NCBI GenBank assembly: GCA_964636195.1
Contig: CAZWQR010000003.1
Coordinates: 1-42,297, forward strand
Origin: an uncultured Candidatus Saccharibacteria bacterium
GTDB taxonomy: Bacteria > Patescibacteriota > Minisyncoccia > Minisyncoccales > PEYH01
Direction of reading: 5' to 3'
DNA: 42,297 nt
The position numbers were made by a program, and so were the translations under genes. Shown here piece by piece: positions 31,762 through 40,995 of this stretch. Under the pieces are notes generated by a model that was not told the origin of the DNA, did not search any database, and saw only the letters and a list, made by a program, of their open reading frames with translations. Numbering within the stretch: position 1 is the stretch's first letter; the number at the start of each line of letters is the position of its first letter.

Positions 31762-32967
31762 TTAATTCTCCAATTCTTCCAAAAACGCCTTAATTTTTCT
31801 AGCTTGTTTGAGAGATATATTTATATGCGTTGGCAAATTGACTATTTGTTCAGCTACTAATTCGGCCACAGGACAGCTACCCTTAACATAACCCATCTTA
31901 GAAATGTCAGTATCAAGGGGAACAATTACTGACTTTCTCCAACCGTCATTTAAATAAATACCCTTTTTTTTAAACAAGCTTAAAACTTTATCACTATCTT
32001 TTACAAAAACTGGATAGCGCATATAAACCCTCTTCTCTGCATTCGGATTATATACTTCAGCAATCTTTTGCCTGTGATCGTTAAACCTTTTAAGCTTTTT
32101 AAACTGATTTAACCCTAAAACTGCCAGAGCATTAGGCAATTTTTTTAACAAATAACCTGGCATCTCTCCTTTCTTCTCTTTTTTGTGAACCGCTTTAGAC
32201 AAAATGCCCAATCTTTGCAAAGCTACTAGTTTATATTTGCCCAAGCCAAAAAAAGTATAAAGGGGAATGATAAAAGGTTTTGTTAAAAGAGGATGCAAAA
32301 GCTGCTGTTTGATCCAAAGAAACCCTGGTAATCTTAACTCTTCTTGGTAGCTCCTAATCTTTTTTATTAAGCCCTCATTTTGAGAAATAGCGAGACCTCC
32401 ATAAACTGAAGAAATAATTTTATCTCTGCCTAAGCTGAAAAAGGCGGCTTTGCCAAAAGTGCCTAATTTTCTTCCTTGATACTCACCTCCTAAACAATGA
32501 GCACAATCCTCTATTAAAATTAAATTATGATTATTGCAAATCTCCAAAATTCTATCTAGCTCTGCCGGCTTGCCAAAAGTATGCTGCACAATAACAACCT
32601 TGCTTTTTGGAGTTATCTTTTTTTCTAATTCATCAGGATTGATATTTAAACTATCCTTTTCAATATCAACAAAAATCGGCTTTAAACCCGACCAAAGAAT
32701 GGGATTTACGACCGCATTGCAGGTAAAGGCCTGAATCAAAACTTCATCGCCTTTTTCTAAATCAAGAGATTTTAAAATAGCCATCAAGGCAGTCCTGCCG
32801 CTCACAAAACTTACTGCTTTAGAACGAAAAAAAGAAGAAAAGCTCTCTTCCAAAGATTTTATCGCTTTTCCTTTTCTCCATTTCCAAGGGCAAAAAAACA
32901 ACTTCAAAGCTAAAAACAAATCATCTTTTTCAACGTTGGGAGAAAGGGAAATTAAAACAGCCATCAT
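31762..32967 (-). CDS. DegT/DnrJ/EryC1/StrS-family PLP-dependent aminotransferase
   Basis: GDEV...FT..A...I...G..P.FVDI, then EDCAH..G, then FFSLGRDKIIS (candidate PLP lysine). Confidence 0.88.
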   Translation of the reverse strand: MMAVLISLSPNVEKDDLFLALKLFFCPWKWRKGKAIKSLEESFSSFFRSKAVSFVSGRTALMAILKSLDLEKGDEVLIQAFTCNAVVNPILWSGLKPIFVDIEKDSLNINPDELEKKITPKSKVVIVQHTFGKPAELDRILEICNNHNLILIEDCAHCLGGEYQGRKLGTFGKAAFFSLGRDKIISSVYGGLAISQNEGLIKKIRSYQEELRLPGFLWIKQQLLHPLLTKPFIIPLYTFFGLGKYKLVALQRLGILSKAVHKKEKKGEMPGYLLKKLPNALAVLGLNQFKKLKRFNDHRQKIAEVYNPNAEKRVYMRYPVFVKDSDKVLSLFKKKGIYLNDGWRKSVIVPLDTDISKMGYVKGSCPVAELVAEQIVNLPTHINISLKQARKIKAFLEELEN

Positions 32968-34445
32968 ATCAATTTATGAATAATTTTCTTTGAAACCCTG
33001 CCTTCGATTAAAAGCACATCAATATCTTTTAATTTTACAAGCAGTTCTTCTGCACTAGAAACTACAGGAATCTTGTCAAAAACGCCCGCTGTTGTAGTAA
33101 AATAACTGTCACAAACTTCAAGAATCTTCTTTTCAATTCTTTTGTGCACCTTTTTAGAAGCAGGTCCTAACTCTATTAACCCCCGAATAATAATTGCCTT
33201 TTTGCCCGGCCACAAGCTTAAATATTCAAGAGCAGAAATCACGCCGTCAGGATTGGAAGAATAACTGGAATCAATAATCTCTAAACCATTTATACCTGTT
33301 TTTAAAGTCATGCCTCCTAGTTTTTGTTCTAACTCCTTGCAAACCTTACTACAATCTTCAATAGAAATGCCTAGTTTCAAAGCCACTTCTATAGCTCCTA
33401 GAATATTTAAAATATTGTGCTTGCCTAAAAGCTTGGTTTCAAACTCAACTCCTTTAAATTTGAAAATGCTGCCATACTGATTAACATGAAAATCCTCTAT
33501 CATTTTATAAAGGAACTTGCTTCTTTTAGTCCTGCTATAAAGCTCTAAACAATAATCGTTTTCTCCATTAAAAAACGCCACGCCGTCTTTGGCTAAATTC
33601 TCAATCAATTCATATTTAGCTTTCACAATATTCTCTTGAGAGCCAAAAAGAGCCAAATGTTGTTCGTTAATTCCGGTAAGAATTCCCATCTCCGGCTTTA
33701 CAATATCACAAATTGCTTTTATTTCTCCCACTTTGTAAGCTCCCATTTCGCAAATAAAAACCTCTGTTTTGCCATCAAGTTGGTTTAAAACGGTTTTAGC
33801 TACTCCCATTTCTGTATTAACATGCTCTCTAGTTTTAACTACTTTGTATTTTGTATTCAACAGCTGGTAAAGAATTTCTTTGGTCGTAGTTTTGCCGTAA
33901 GAGCCAGTAATGCCAATCACTTTTAAATTAAGTTTTGCTCTTTTAGCTTTTGCCCTCCTAATTACTCTTTCTTTGGCAAAAAAGACAAAAAACTGAATCA
34001 ATCGCAATACTAAAAATAAAAACAAAGGCAAAAAAATCTCCAATAAGACAAGATATAAAACCAGATGGTTTAATAATAAAAAGAATAAACCAATTTCGCA
34101 GATTAAAGCCAGCCCTGACCAGAGAATCATTTTAAAAGTAAAAACGGGCAATTGCCATCTTCTTTTGACTAAAAGATAAAGAGAATAAAGGCTCAAAAAA
34201 AGATAGGCAAAAGCAAGAACCCACCTTGATAAACCCTTATTGCTAATCGTTAACAACCAAACTAAAAGAAAAATTAAGCCGAGATAAAAATAGTTAGAAA
34301 AGATCAATTGCTTTTTTCTTTTAACTTCTTCTAAAAATCTGTCTAAACGATATTCTTTAATTTGAAAAAGATAAAAGAAAAAAAGACTTCTTCTTAAAGC
34401 ATGAATAAACCAAAATAAAAAAAGAGGAATTAAAAGATAAATCAT
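32964..34445 (-). CDS. murF: Mur ligase (MurF-like UDP-MurNAc-tripeptide--D-Ala-D-Ala ligase) with about 160-aa polytopic membrane N-terminus
   Basis: P-loop GITGSYGKTTTKE at residues 178-190 and Mur ligase middle and C-terminal domains. Residues 1 to about 157 are 5-6 hydrophobic helices. The MurF-versus-other-Mur-ligase assignment is by resemblance. Confidence 0.8.
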   Translation of the reverse strand: MIYLLIPLFLFWFIHALRRSLFFFYLFQIKEYRLDRFLEEVKRKKQLIFSNYFYLGLIFLLVWLLTISNKGLSRWVLAFAYLFLSLYSLYLLVKRRWQLPVFTFKMILWSGLALICEIGLFFLLLNHLVLYLVLLEIFLPLFLFLVLRLIQFFVFFAKERVIRRAKAKRAKLNLKVIGITGSYGKTTTKEILYQLLNTKYKVVKTREHVNTEMGVAKTVLNQLDGKTEVFICEMGAYKVGEIKAICDIVKPEMGILTGINEQHLALFGSQENIVKAKYELIENLAKDGVAFFNGENDYCLELYSRTKRSKFLYKMIEDFHVNQYGSIFKFKGVEFETKLLGKHNILNILGAIEVALKLGISIEDCSKVCKELEQKLGGMTLKTGINGLEIIDSSYSSNPDGVISALEYLSLWPGKKAIIIRGLIELGPASKKVHKRIEKKILEVCDSYFTTTAGVFDKIPVVSSAEELLVKLKDIDVLLIEGRVSKKIIHKLI

Positions 34446-35398
34446 AAAAATTTTTTTAAGACAACATAACTCTTGTACAAAAATTTGCTAAAAACAACGT
34501 CTTTTGATTTGGGATAGGTATGGACATTCCCGCCAAAACTTTTTTTAAACCTTGTCATTCCGGGCCAGCGTTTTTCGTCTATACCCCACAAATCAATCAC
34601 CTCACAGCCGTGCTTTTTAGCATATTGGGCTCTTTTCCAAACCAACAAATTGGCTGGTTTAACTTTTTTATACCTTAAATCAGAAGAACCATGCAAACAA
34701 ATTGCTTTTTTGTTAAAAAAAACCACAAGATAAGCAGAAATTGTCTTTTCTTTATATCTTCCTAAAAAAAGCCTTGTTTTGAAATTTTTGTCATCAAGCT
34801 CAAAGAATCTTTTGTAATGCGCTTCCTCAAAAATACGAAATCGATTCCTTTTAGAAACCCTTTTGAGTAATTGATAAAGTCCTGGATCATACTCCTTTTT
34901 TATTATCACCTCAACTCCTTTTCTCTCTGCTAAGCCCACGTTATAGCGAGCATTTTTCTCAAAATCAGATAAAATATCATCTTCTGACCGCCCTAGATCC
35001 AAAATTAGAGTATTCTCTGGCTGGATTCTTTTCAATGGTTTTTTAAAGCTAAAACCAGTAGGCCAAATAATTTCTGAATAGGGCTCTATCCTGACAAATA
35101 CCGCCTCATTAAGGGAGTTTAAAAAAATATCCATCGCTGCTTTTCTCTCTTTTTCATTTAAGTCCCTTTTTAAAACTGGACCATAAGGGAGATAAAAATA
35201 GTATTTTTTTAAAAAAGGAAAAATTTTTTTAATAAGCAAGGCCTGCAAAACCAACTGATTCTTCTTTTTAATTCTCACGCCCAGCACTGAGCCCTTATTA
35301 AATTTAAACCAACCAGCGCTTTGTAAAAAACTACCTTTATTTTCAATAACGAAATCATCCCAGTCCAATGTTGGTTTTTCGAAAAATTCAGTTTTCAT
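34442..35398 (-). CDS. FemAB-family aminoacyl-tRNA-dependent peptidoglycan peptidyltransferase (copy 2)
   Basis: FLQSAGWFKFN N-terminus and FemAB-like length and layout. The ATG at 35398 is preferred over the upstream TTG at 35413. Confidence 0.8.
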   Translation of the reverse strand: MKTEFFEKPTLDWDDFVIENKGSFLQSAGWFKFNKGSVLGVRIKKKNQLVLQALLIKKIFPFLKKYYFYLPYGPVLKRDLNEKERKAAMDIFLNSLNEAVFVRIEPYSEIIWPTGFSFKKPLKRIQPENTLILDLGRSEDDILSDFEKNARYNVGLAERKGVEVIIKKEYDPGLYQLLKRVSKRNRFRIFEEAHYKRFFELDDKNFKTRLFLGRYKEKTISAYLVVFFNKKAICLHGSSDLRYKKVKPANLLVWKRAQYAKKHGCEVIDLWGIDEKRWPGMTRFKKSFGGNVHTYPKSKDVVFSKFLYKSYVVLKKFL

Positions 35399-36113
35399 AA
35401 ATAGTTTGAACAAGTTTTTCAGGCGCCCTCAAGTGGGGAGAATGGCCAGTTTCTAAAATCTTTAACTTGGAATTCTTTATCTTTTCTTTCATTAATCGTC
35501 CGTTTCTTAAAGGAGTCGCTTTATCAAACCTGCCCCAAATAATCAAGGTCTTAACTTCTATGTCTTGCAACAAATTTCTCAAATCCTCTTCAACTACCTT
35601 TTTAAATACTTGTTTCATTATTCCGGTTGCTTGCAGATAATCGCTGCTTTTGACCACAAATTTATAAAAAGCTCTTTTAAGAAATGAAAATCGTGCCAAA
35701 AAACGAAAAAATTTAACAAAAGAAAGTCCTTTCTTTTGTTCCCTAATACCAGCCGCATCAACCAATATCAATCGTTCCACTCTTTTAGGAAAAGCCAGGG
35801 CTAACTTAATAGCAATCCGCCCGCCAAAAGAATGGCCTAAAAGATAAAATTTTTCTATGCCCAGCTTATTGACTAAATCTATCACAAGCTCAACATAGTT
35901 ATCCAAGTCCCAAACTGAATCAGGCAAACTGCTTTTTCCAAAACCGGGTAAGTCAAAGCAAATAACAGAAAATTTTTGCCCTAGATTTTTTTGAACTTCA
36001 AGCCAGGAATCACTGCTCGATCCCCAGCCGTGCAATATTAAAAAAGGACTCCCCTTTCCTGTAATCCTTGTAAAAACTTTTAAACCCTTAATTTGAAGGA
36101 AGCTTTCTTCCAT
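35388..36113 (-). CDS. alpha/beta-fold hydrolase
   Basis: HGWG oxyanion region, nucleophile elbow GHSFGG and a C-terminal GH motif. Confidence 0.8.
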   Translation of the reverse strand: MEESFLQIKGLKVFTRITGKGSPFLILHGWGSSSDSWLEVQKNLGQKFSVICFDLPGFGKSSLPDSVWDLDNYVELVIDLVNKLGIEKFYLLGHSFGGRIAIKLALAFPKRVERLILVDAAGIREQKKGLSFVKFFRFLARFSFLKRAFYKFVVKSSDYLQATGIMKQVFKKVVEEDLRNLLQDIEVKTLIIWGRFDKATPLRNGRLMKEKIKNSKLKILETGHSPHLRAPEKLVQTIYEN

Positions 36114-36118
36114 AGAAT

Positions 36119-37339
36119 CTAAATGATTGTCTTAAAATTCAAATATTTCTGAAGGGCTCTGGGAATCCTAATTTTGCCCCGACTATCCTGATTATTTTCT
36201 AAAATGGCAATTATCATTCTACCCATCGCTACAGCAGTAGCATTTAAAGTGTGCACAAACTCCAATTGATTATCCTTTCTAAACCTAATATTTAATCTCC
36301 TGGCCTGAAAATCTGTACAATTAGAAGCAGAATGCGTCTCCCGATATTTATTTTGTGAAGGAATCCAGGTCTCAATATCAAAAGTAGAGGCCGAAGGCCT
36401 AGCTATGTCCTGACTACCTAAATGAACCACTTGATAAGGCAATTTCAATTTTTTCATCAGCTTTTCCTGCAAACTAATTAAAAACTGATGCTCTTTCTCC
36501 GAATCTTTGGGCTCTACAAAAGAAAACATCTCTAATTTATCAAACTGATGGACGCGGAAAATTCCTCTGGTATCCTTGCCATAAGAACCAGCCTCTTCTC
36601 GAAAACAGGAAGAAAAGGCAAGATATCTTTTGGGAACTTCTATAACCTCGTCTGCGTGCATAGGACCAATCATTTGCTCGGCCGTACCGGCTAAAAACAA
36701 TTTATCCTTTTCAAAAAAATACCTCTCAGCCAAATCTTCCTTTGTATCAATATATCCCATCTTTTGCATCATTTCCTCTCTTAATAAAGTAGGGGGTATC
36801 ACAAAAGTAAAACCCTCTTTGAGAATATTGTCTAGGCAAAAATTTATTAAAGCAATTTCTAATAAAGCGCCTTCATTTTTTAATATTCCAAACCTTGAGC
36901 CAGATACTTTAGCCGCCCTTTGGACATCAATCAAATTATGCAATTCTGCCAGCTCTAAATGATCTTTGGGCTCAAAATTAAAATCTTTAGGCCTTCCCTC
37001 TTTTCTGACAACCTCACCCTCTAGGCCTATTGGCACATCATCAAAAGGAATGTTGGGAATCAAAACAAAAAGCTCGTTAAACTCTTTTTTCAAAGCCGCT
37101 AGTCGTTCTTCTTCTCTTTTTAAATTATTTTTAAGCTCTTTTGCTTGTTCAATATCGTCGGGTTTACCAGCAGAAGAAATTCTATTGCGTTTTGCTCTTA
37201 GTTCTTCCACTAGTTTAAGCTGCTTTCTTTTCTTGGCGTCGAGCTCCAAAAGTTTATTAAAATCCAAAGAAACCCCTCTTGAGGCAAGGGCCTTTTTAAC
37301 AACTTCTGGCTGTTCTTTTAATAAAGATATATCAATCAT
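36119..37339 (-). CDS. serS: seryl-tRNA synthetase
   Basis: N-terminal coiled-coil arm and class II motifs (FRVHQFDK.E, TLNATA.A.GR). Confidence 0.95.
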   Translation of the reverse strand: MIDISLLKEQPEVVKKALASRGVSLDFNKLLELDAKKRKQLKLVEELRAKRNRISSAGKPDDIEQAKELKNNLKREEERLAALKKEFNELFVLIPNIPFDDVPIGLEGEVVRKEGRPKDFNFEPKDHLELAELHNLIDVQRAAKVSGSRFGILKNEGALLEIALINFCLDNILKEGFTFVIPPTLLREEMMQKMGYIDTKEDLAERYFFEKDKLFLAGTAEQMIGPMHADEVIEVPKRYLAFSSCFREEAGSYGKDTRGIFRVHQFDKLEMFSFVEPKDSEKEHQFLISLQEKLMKKLKLPYQVVHLGSQDIARPSASTFDIETWIPSQNKYRETHSASNCTDFQARRLNIRFRKDNQLEFVHTLNATAVAMGRMIIAILENNQDSRGKIRIPRALQKYLNFKTII

Positions 37340-38801
37340 TTTTTGGTTTCATTGTGGGGAAAAAGATAACTTCCCTTAAAGTATGCGAATTGGTTAACAG
37401 AGCCACTAATCTATCTATGCCCATGCCAAAACCGGCTGCTGGGGGCATACCATGCTCTAGGGCTTGCAAAAAGATCTCGTCAGTTCTTTGGGCTTCTTCA
37501 AACCCCTGCTTATACATTTTTTCCTGTTCTCTAAAAATCTCCCTTTGTTTTATAGGGTCATTTAATTCAGAAAAAGCATTAACTAGTTCCCAACCGCCGA
37601 TGACTAACTGAAAATTAGCCAACCGACCTTCTAGAGTAGGATGGGGTTTAGCTAAAGGGAAAGCGCCCACTGGATGGTGAATAATAAAGCACGGCTGAAT
37701 CAGCTTATCTCTTGAATATTTCTTATAAATCTTATCAGCAACTTCTGCCTTACCTTCACCTTTGTCAATCTTAAGGCCAAGCTTTTCTGCCTTTTTCTTC
37801 AACGCGATTGGATGAATGACTTCTAGATCAATGTCGGCGTCTCTTCTTAAAAGGTCATAAAACTCAATTCGTTTCCAAGGAGTTTTAAAATTTATCTTTT
37901 TACCCTCATATTCTATAGTTAATCTTCCATAAAGTTTTTTTACAACTTTGCTAATCATCTCTTCGGTTAATTTCATCATATCCTTATAATCAGCATAAGC
38001 CCAATAAAATTCCAAAGAAGTAAAATCAGGATTATGGTGTTTGTCAATTCCTTCGTTTCTAAAAACTCGGCCCATTTCAAAGACCTTTTCAAAACCTCCC
38101 ACTAAAAGCTCTTTTAAATAAAGCTCTGGCGCTATTCTTAAATAGACATCCATATCCAAAGCATTTAAGTGGGTTTTAAAAGGTTTTGCTTTAGCGCCTC
38201 CATAAATCTGCTGCAAAACTGGCGTTTCCACCTCTATAAACTGCTTAGAAATTAAAAATTTGCGCAATTCTTGGATAATTTTGCTACGCAAAACAAACTT
38301 TTCTCGCGCCTCTTTATTCATTATCAGGTCAAGATATCTTTTCCTAAAACGCTCTTCTCTGTTTTTTAAGCCATGCCATTTCTCGGGTAAAGGAAGAATT
38401 GATTTAGAAAGTATCTTAGCGTCAGCGATTAATAACGATTTCTCTCCTTTTTTTGTCTTGTAAACCTCGCCTCTGGCTTCAATAAAATCACCAATATCTA
38501 AAAACTTCAAAAGCCAATCATATTTTTTAGGCCCAAGATGGTCTTTTTTAAAAAACAGCTGAATTTTCCCGCTCATGTCCTCTAAATCAGCAAAAGTGGC
38601 TCCGCCGTGTATTCTAAAAGAACGAATTCTGCCGACTACAACGATCTCTTTTTTATTCTTTGCTAATTTTGAAAAAGAATCTAAAACCTCAGAAATGTTA
38701 TGAGTTCTGCGAGTCTCTAAAGGATAGGGCTCAATACCCGATTTTTTCAAGGCCTCAATTTTTTTGAGACGTTCTTTTTTAATCTCTCTTAATTGAACCA
38801 T
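37332..38801 (-). CDS. lysS: lysyl-tRNA synthetase, class II
   Basis: OB-fold N-domain and class II motifs (FRNEG, GGFGMGIDRL). The ATG at 38801 is preferred over the TTG at 38828, which lies in the upstream terminator/promoter. Confidence 0.93.
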   Translation of the reverse strand: MVQLREIKKERLKKIEALKKSGIEPYPLETRRTHNISEVLDSFSKLAKNKKEIVVVGRIRSFRIHGGATFADLEDMSGKIQLFFKKDHLGPKKYDWLLKFLDIGDFIEARGEVYKTKKGEKSLLIADAKILSKSILPLPEKWHGLKNREERFRKRYLDLIMNKEAREKFVLRSKIIQELRKFLISKQFIEVETPVLQQIYGGAKAKPFKTHLNALDMDVYLRIAPELYLKELLVGGFEKVFEMGRVFRNEGIDKHHNPDFTSLEFYWAYADYKDMMKLTEEMISKVVKKLYGRLTIEYEGKKINFKTPWKRIEFYDLLRRDADIDLEVIHPIALKKKAEKLGLKIDKGEGKAEVADKIYKKYSRDKLIQPCFIIHHPVGAFPLAKPHPTLEGRLANFQLVIGGWELVNAFSELNDPIKQREIFREQEKMYKQGFEEAQRTDEIFLQALEHGMPPAAGFGMGIDRLVALLTNSHTLREVIFFPTMKPKND

Positions 38802-38809
38802 ATTGTTTA

Positions 38810-38838
38810 ATTGTAGGAGATTTTTCAAAAAAAGACAA
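38810..38838 (-). promoter_or_regulatory. candidate lysS operon promoter (TTGTCT-17-TACAAT), 8 nt before the ATG
   Basis: Minus-strand hexamers at 38838-38833 and 38815-38810, ATG at 38801, no SD. Confidence 0.5.
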
Positions 38839-38840
38839 AT

Positions 38841-38868
38841 ATTAAAAGGGCGGCGCTAGGCGCCACCC
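38841..38868 (-). terminator. rho-independent terminator ending the mreC...PBP2 (+mini-ORF) operon
   Basis: GC-rich 9-bp stem gggtggcgc/gcgccgccc (one G-U pair), followed by TTTTAATATTTGTCTTTTTTT. Confidence 0.75.
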
Positions 38869-38906
38869 TGTTGACGATCTATCGGGCAGAAGAGTATATA
38901 TAATGT

Positions 38907-39080
38907 TCACTTGACCTGTAAACCGTAGGTCTTGACGACTCTCTCGGCTATCTGGCCTTGCGAATTGTATTTATAGGTCTCAACAACCTCCTTGATCACT
39001 TCGCCCTGCGAATCATAGGTCTTGATGAGCTCCTCGGTCAATAGCCTTTGTCTTTCTTCGGCCTCTTTTATGAACAACAT
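38907..39080 (-). CDS. unlisted mini-ORF (57 aa) with three YD/MORN-like repeats
   Basis: Translation: MLFIKEAEERQRLLTEELIKTYDSQGEVIKEVVETYKYNSQGQIAERVVKTYGLQVK. G+C is higher than the flanks. An in-frame stop lies 2 codons upstream of the ATG, and a dedicated terminator lies downstream. The RBS is weak. Confidence 0.45.
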   Translation of the reverse strand: MLFIKEAEERQRLLTEELIKTYDSQGEVIKEVVETYKYNSQGQIAERVVKTYGLQVK

Positions 39081-39117
39081 CCTTTAAGTTTCTATCCATA
39101 CTACATAATATCTCTAT

Positions 39118-40995
39118 TTATCTGTCAAGATTGAAATACCAATCCAAAACCTGAAGAGCAGTCGGAGCAACTGCTTTATGCATACCATAAGCGCCTTCCA
39201 CTATTAAAGTTATTACAATTTCTGGATCGTCATAGGGGGCAAAAACCGTTATCCAAGAATGGTAATAATCATCTTTGCCAATTTCTGCTGTACCGGTTTT
39301 AGCGCCCGCTTCAACGGGCAAACTATTTAAAATAACAGCTGAACCATAATCAACCGTGCCCTTCATACCTTTTTTTACAATGGCTAAATTCTTTTCGTCA
39401 ATAAAATCTTCTCTAATAACTTGGGGCTCAAATTCTTCTACAATCTGTTTATTCTTGTCAATTATCTGATGTACCAGCTGGGGTTTCAAAAGCTTACCTC
39501 CATTGATTAAACTGGCAAAAGAAGAAACTACTTCTAAAGGAGTTACTAACAAATAACCTTGCCCGATAGAAAGATTATAAGTATCTCCGGGCATCCAAAC
39601 ACTCTCAGGAGACTTAAAATTAGCCTTTTTCCAATCTTTGTCCGGAATAAAACCAGCTATCTCACCGGGTAAATCAATGCCTAATTTTTCATTCCAACCA
39701 AAAAGAGAAAGATAGTATTTAATCAAGTCAGGCCCTAAGCCTTTAAAATCTTTATACCCGCCGCCAACTGTATAGAAAAAAACATTGCAAGATTCTGCGA
39801 TAGCTTTATAAACATCAGTGATCCCGTGAGCCCTAAAATCTTTGAAGATATAGGGTTGGTCTTCAAACCAAGGATTTTCTATCACAATCTCACCCTTACA
39901 ATTAATAGTGGTATTTTTGGTTATTATACCTTCATGCAAAGCGGCAGAAGCTATCAGGGGTTTTATTGTAGAACCAGTAGGATAACGGCCGCCAATCACC
40001 CTATTTAAAAAGGGCATATTTTTGTCTTGGGAAAGGATTTGCCAATTTTTCTGACTAATGCCTTGAGAGAAAAGATTGTTATCGTAGCTGGGCAAACTAA
40101 CCATTGCCAAAACGCCGCCTGTCTTTGGGTCAAGAGCTACAGCCGAAGCCCTGGTAGCTCCAACTTTTTTGATTTCTTCTGAAAAAACTTCATAAAGCTT
40201 TTTTTGAAGCGCTGAATCTAACCAGAGGACCAAGCTATTTCCTGATTGGGCTTCGGAAACTAGTTCTTGAGAAATAATATTGCCATAAACATCTCTTTCA
40301 TACCTTATCTCGCCGGGCTTTGAGCTCAACTCTTTATTATATGAAGCCTCTAGAGCAGCATCTTGACCAGTCTGACGATGGTAACCTATAACATGACTGA
40401 ATACCTCTCCGTCCTGATAGTATCTGACGCTGGCATTTTGAATTTTAAAACCCTGCAACTGCTTAGAAGAGGATTCAAAAAGAATCAGCTGTTTATAGCT
40501 TAGGTCTCGAGCAATTACAACTTCTTGTTCAGGGCTTTCAATCAGAGATTCTATATCTGATTTGTCAGATCCCAAAATCCAAGCTATTTTTTTTAAAACC
40601 TTATCTTTATCAGCGCCTAAAAAATCCGATTTTTTAAAGACTAAATTAAAAGAGGGCCGATTAAAAACTAACTGACTGAAATTTCTGTCGTAAATAACGC
40701 CGCGCTCTGCTTTTAAGGAAGTGCTTACAAATTTATTCTTCTCTGCTAAAGCAGAATATTTATCATAATTAAAATACTGAAATTGAAAAACTCTGATTGT
40801 CACAAAGACAAGCAGTAGAGAAAAAAGAAAGAGGATCAATTTTAAGGGCCATTTTCTCAAGGGAATTTCTATCTTTTTTTCAAAGATATCTTCTTTTTTT
40901 TGAGCCAAAGCGTCCCAAAGTATTTCCTCTGGTTCAATCTCTTTGCCAGCCCGCTTAATCCTCTTATTTGCTAAACCATTGCTCTGTAAAAACAT
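39118..40995 (-). CDS. mrdA: penicillin-binding protein 2 (class B transpeptidase, elongasome)
   Basis: N-terminal TM helix, PBP dimerisation domain, and transpeptidase motifs STIKP, SxN-type region and KTGTA. Follows mreC-mreD. The ATG at 40995 is preferred over the TTG at 41010. Confidence 0.88.
   Translation of the reverse strand: MFLQSNGLANKRIKRAGKEIEPEEILWDALAQKKEDIFEKKIEIPLRKWPLKLILFLFSLLLVFVTIRVFQFQYFNYDKYSALAEKNKFVSTSLKAERGVIYDRNFSQLVFNRPSFNLVFKKSDFLGADKDKVLKKIAWILGSDKSDIESLIESPEQEVVIARDLSYKQLILFESSSKQLQGFKIQNASVRYYQDGEVFSHVIGYHRQTGQDAALEASYNKELSSKPGEIRYERDVYGNIISQELVSEAQSGNSLVLWLDSALQKKLYEVFSEEIKKVGATRASAVALDPKTGGVLAMVSLPSYDNNLFSQGISQKNWQILSQDKNMPFLNRVIGGRYPTGSTIKPLIASAALHEGIITKNTTINCKGEIVIENPWFEDQPYIFKDFRAHGITDVYKAIAESCNVFFYTVGGGYKDFKGLGPDLIKYYLSLFGWNEKLGIDLPGEIAGFIPDKDWKKANFKSPESVWMPGDTYNLSIGQGYLLVTPLEVVSSFASLINGGKLLKPQLVHQIIDKNKQIVEEFEPQVIREDFIDEKNLAIVKKGMKGTVDYGSAVILNSLPVEAGAKTGTAEIGKDDYYHSWITVFAPYDDPEIVITLIVEGAYGMHKAVAPTALQVLDWYFNLDR

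Noticed and set aside
32534-38463. Antisense ORFs in degT, serS and lysS (32534-32734, 36630-36962, 36966-37379, 37354-37611, 38260-38463).
   Set aside because: They are Ser/Leu/Phe-rich shadows of Lys/Glu-rich genes on the opposite strand.
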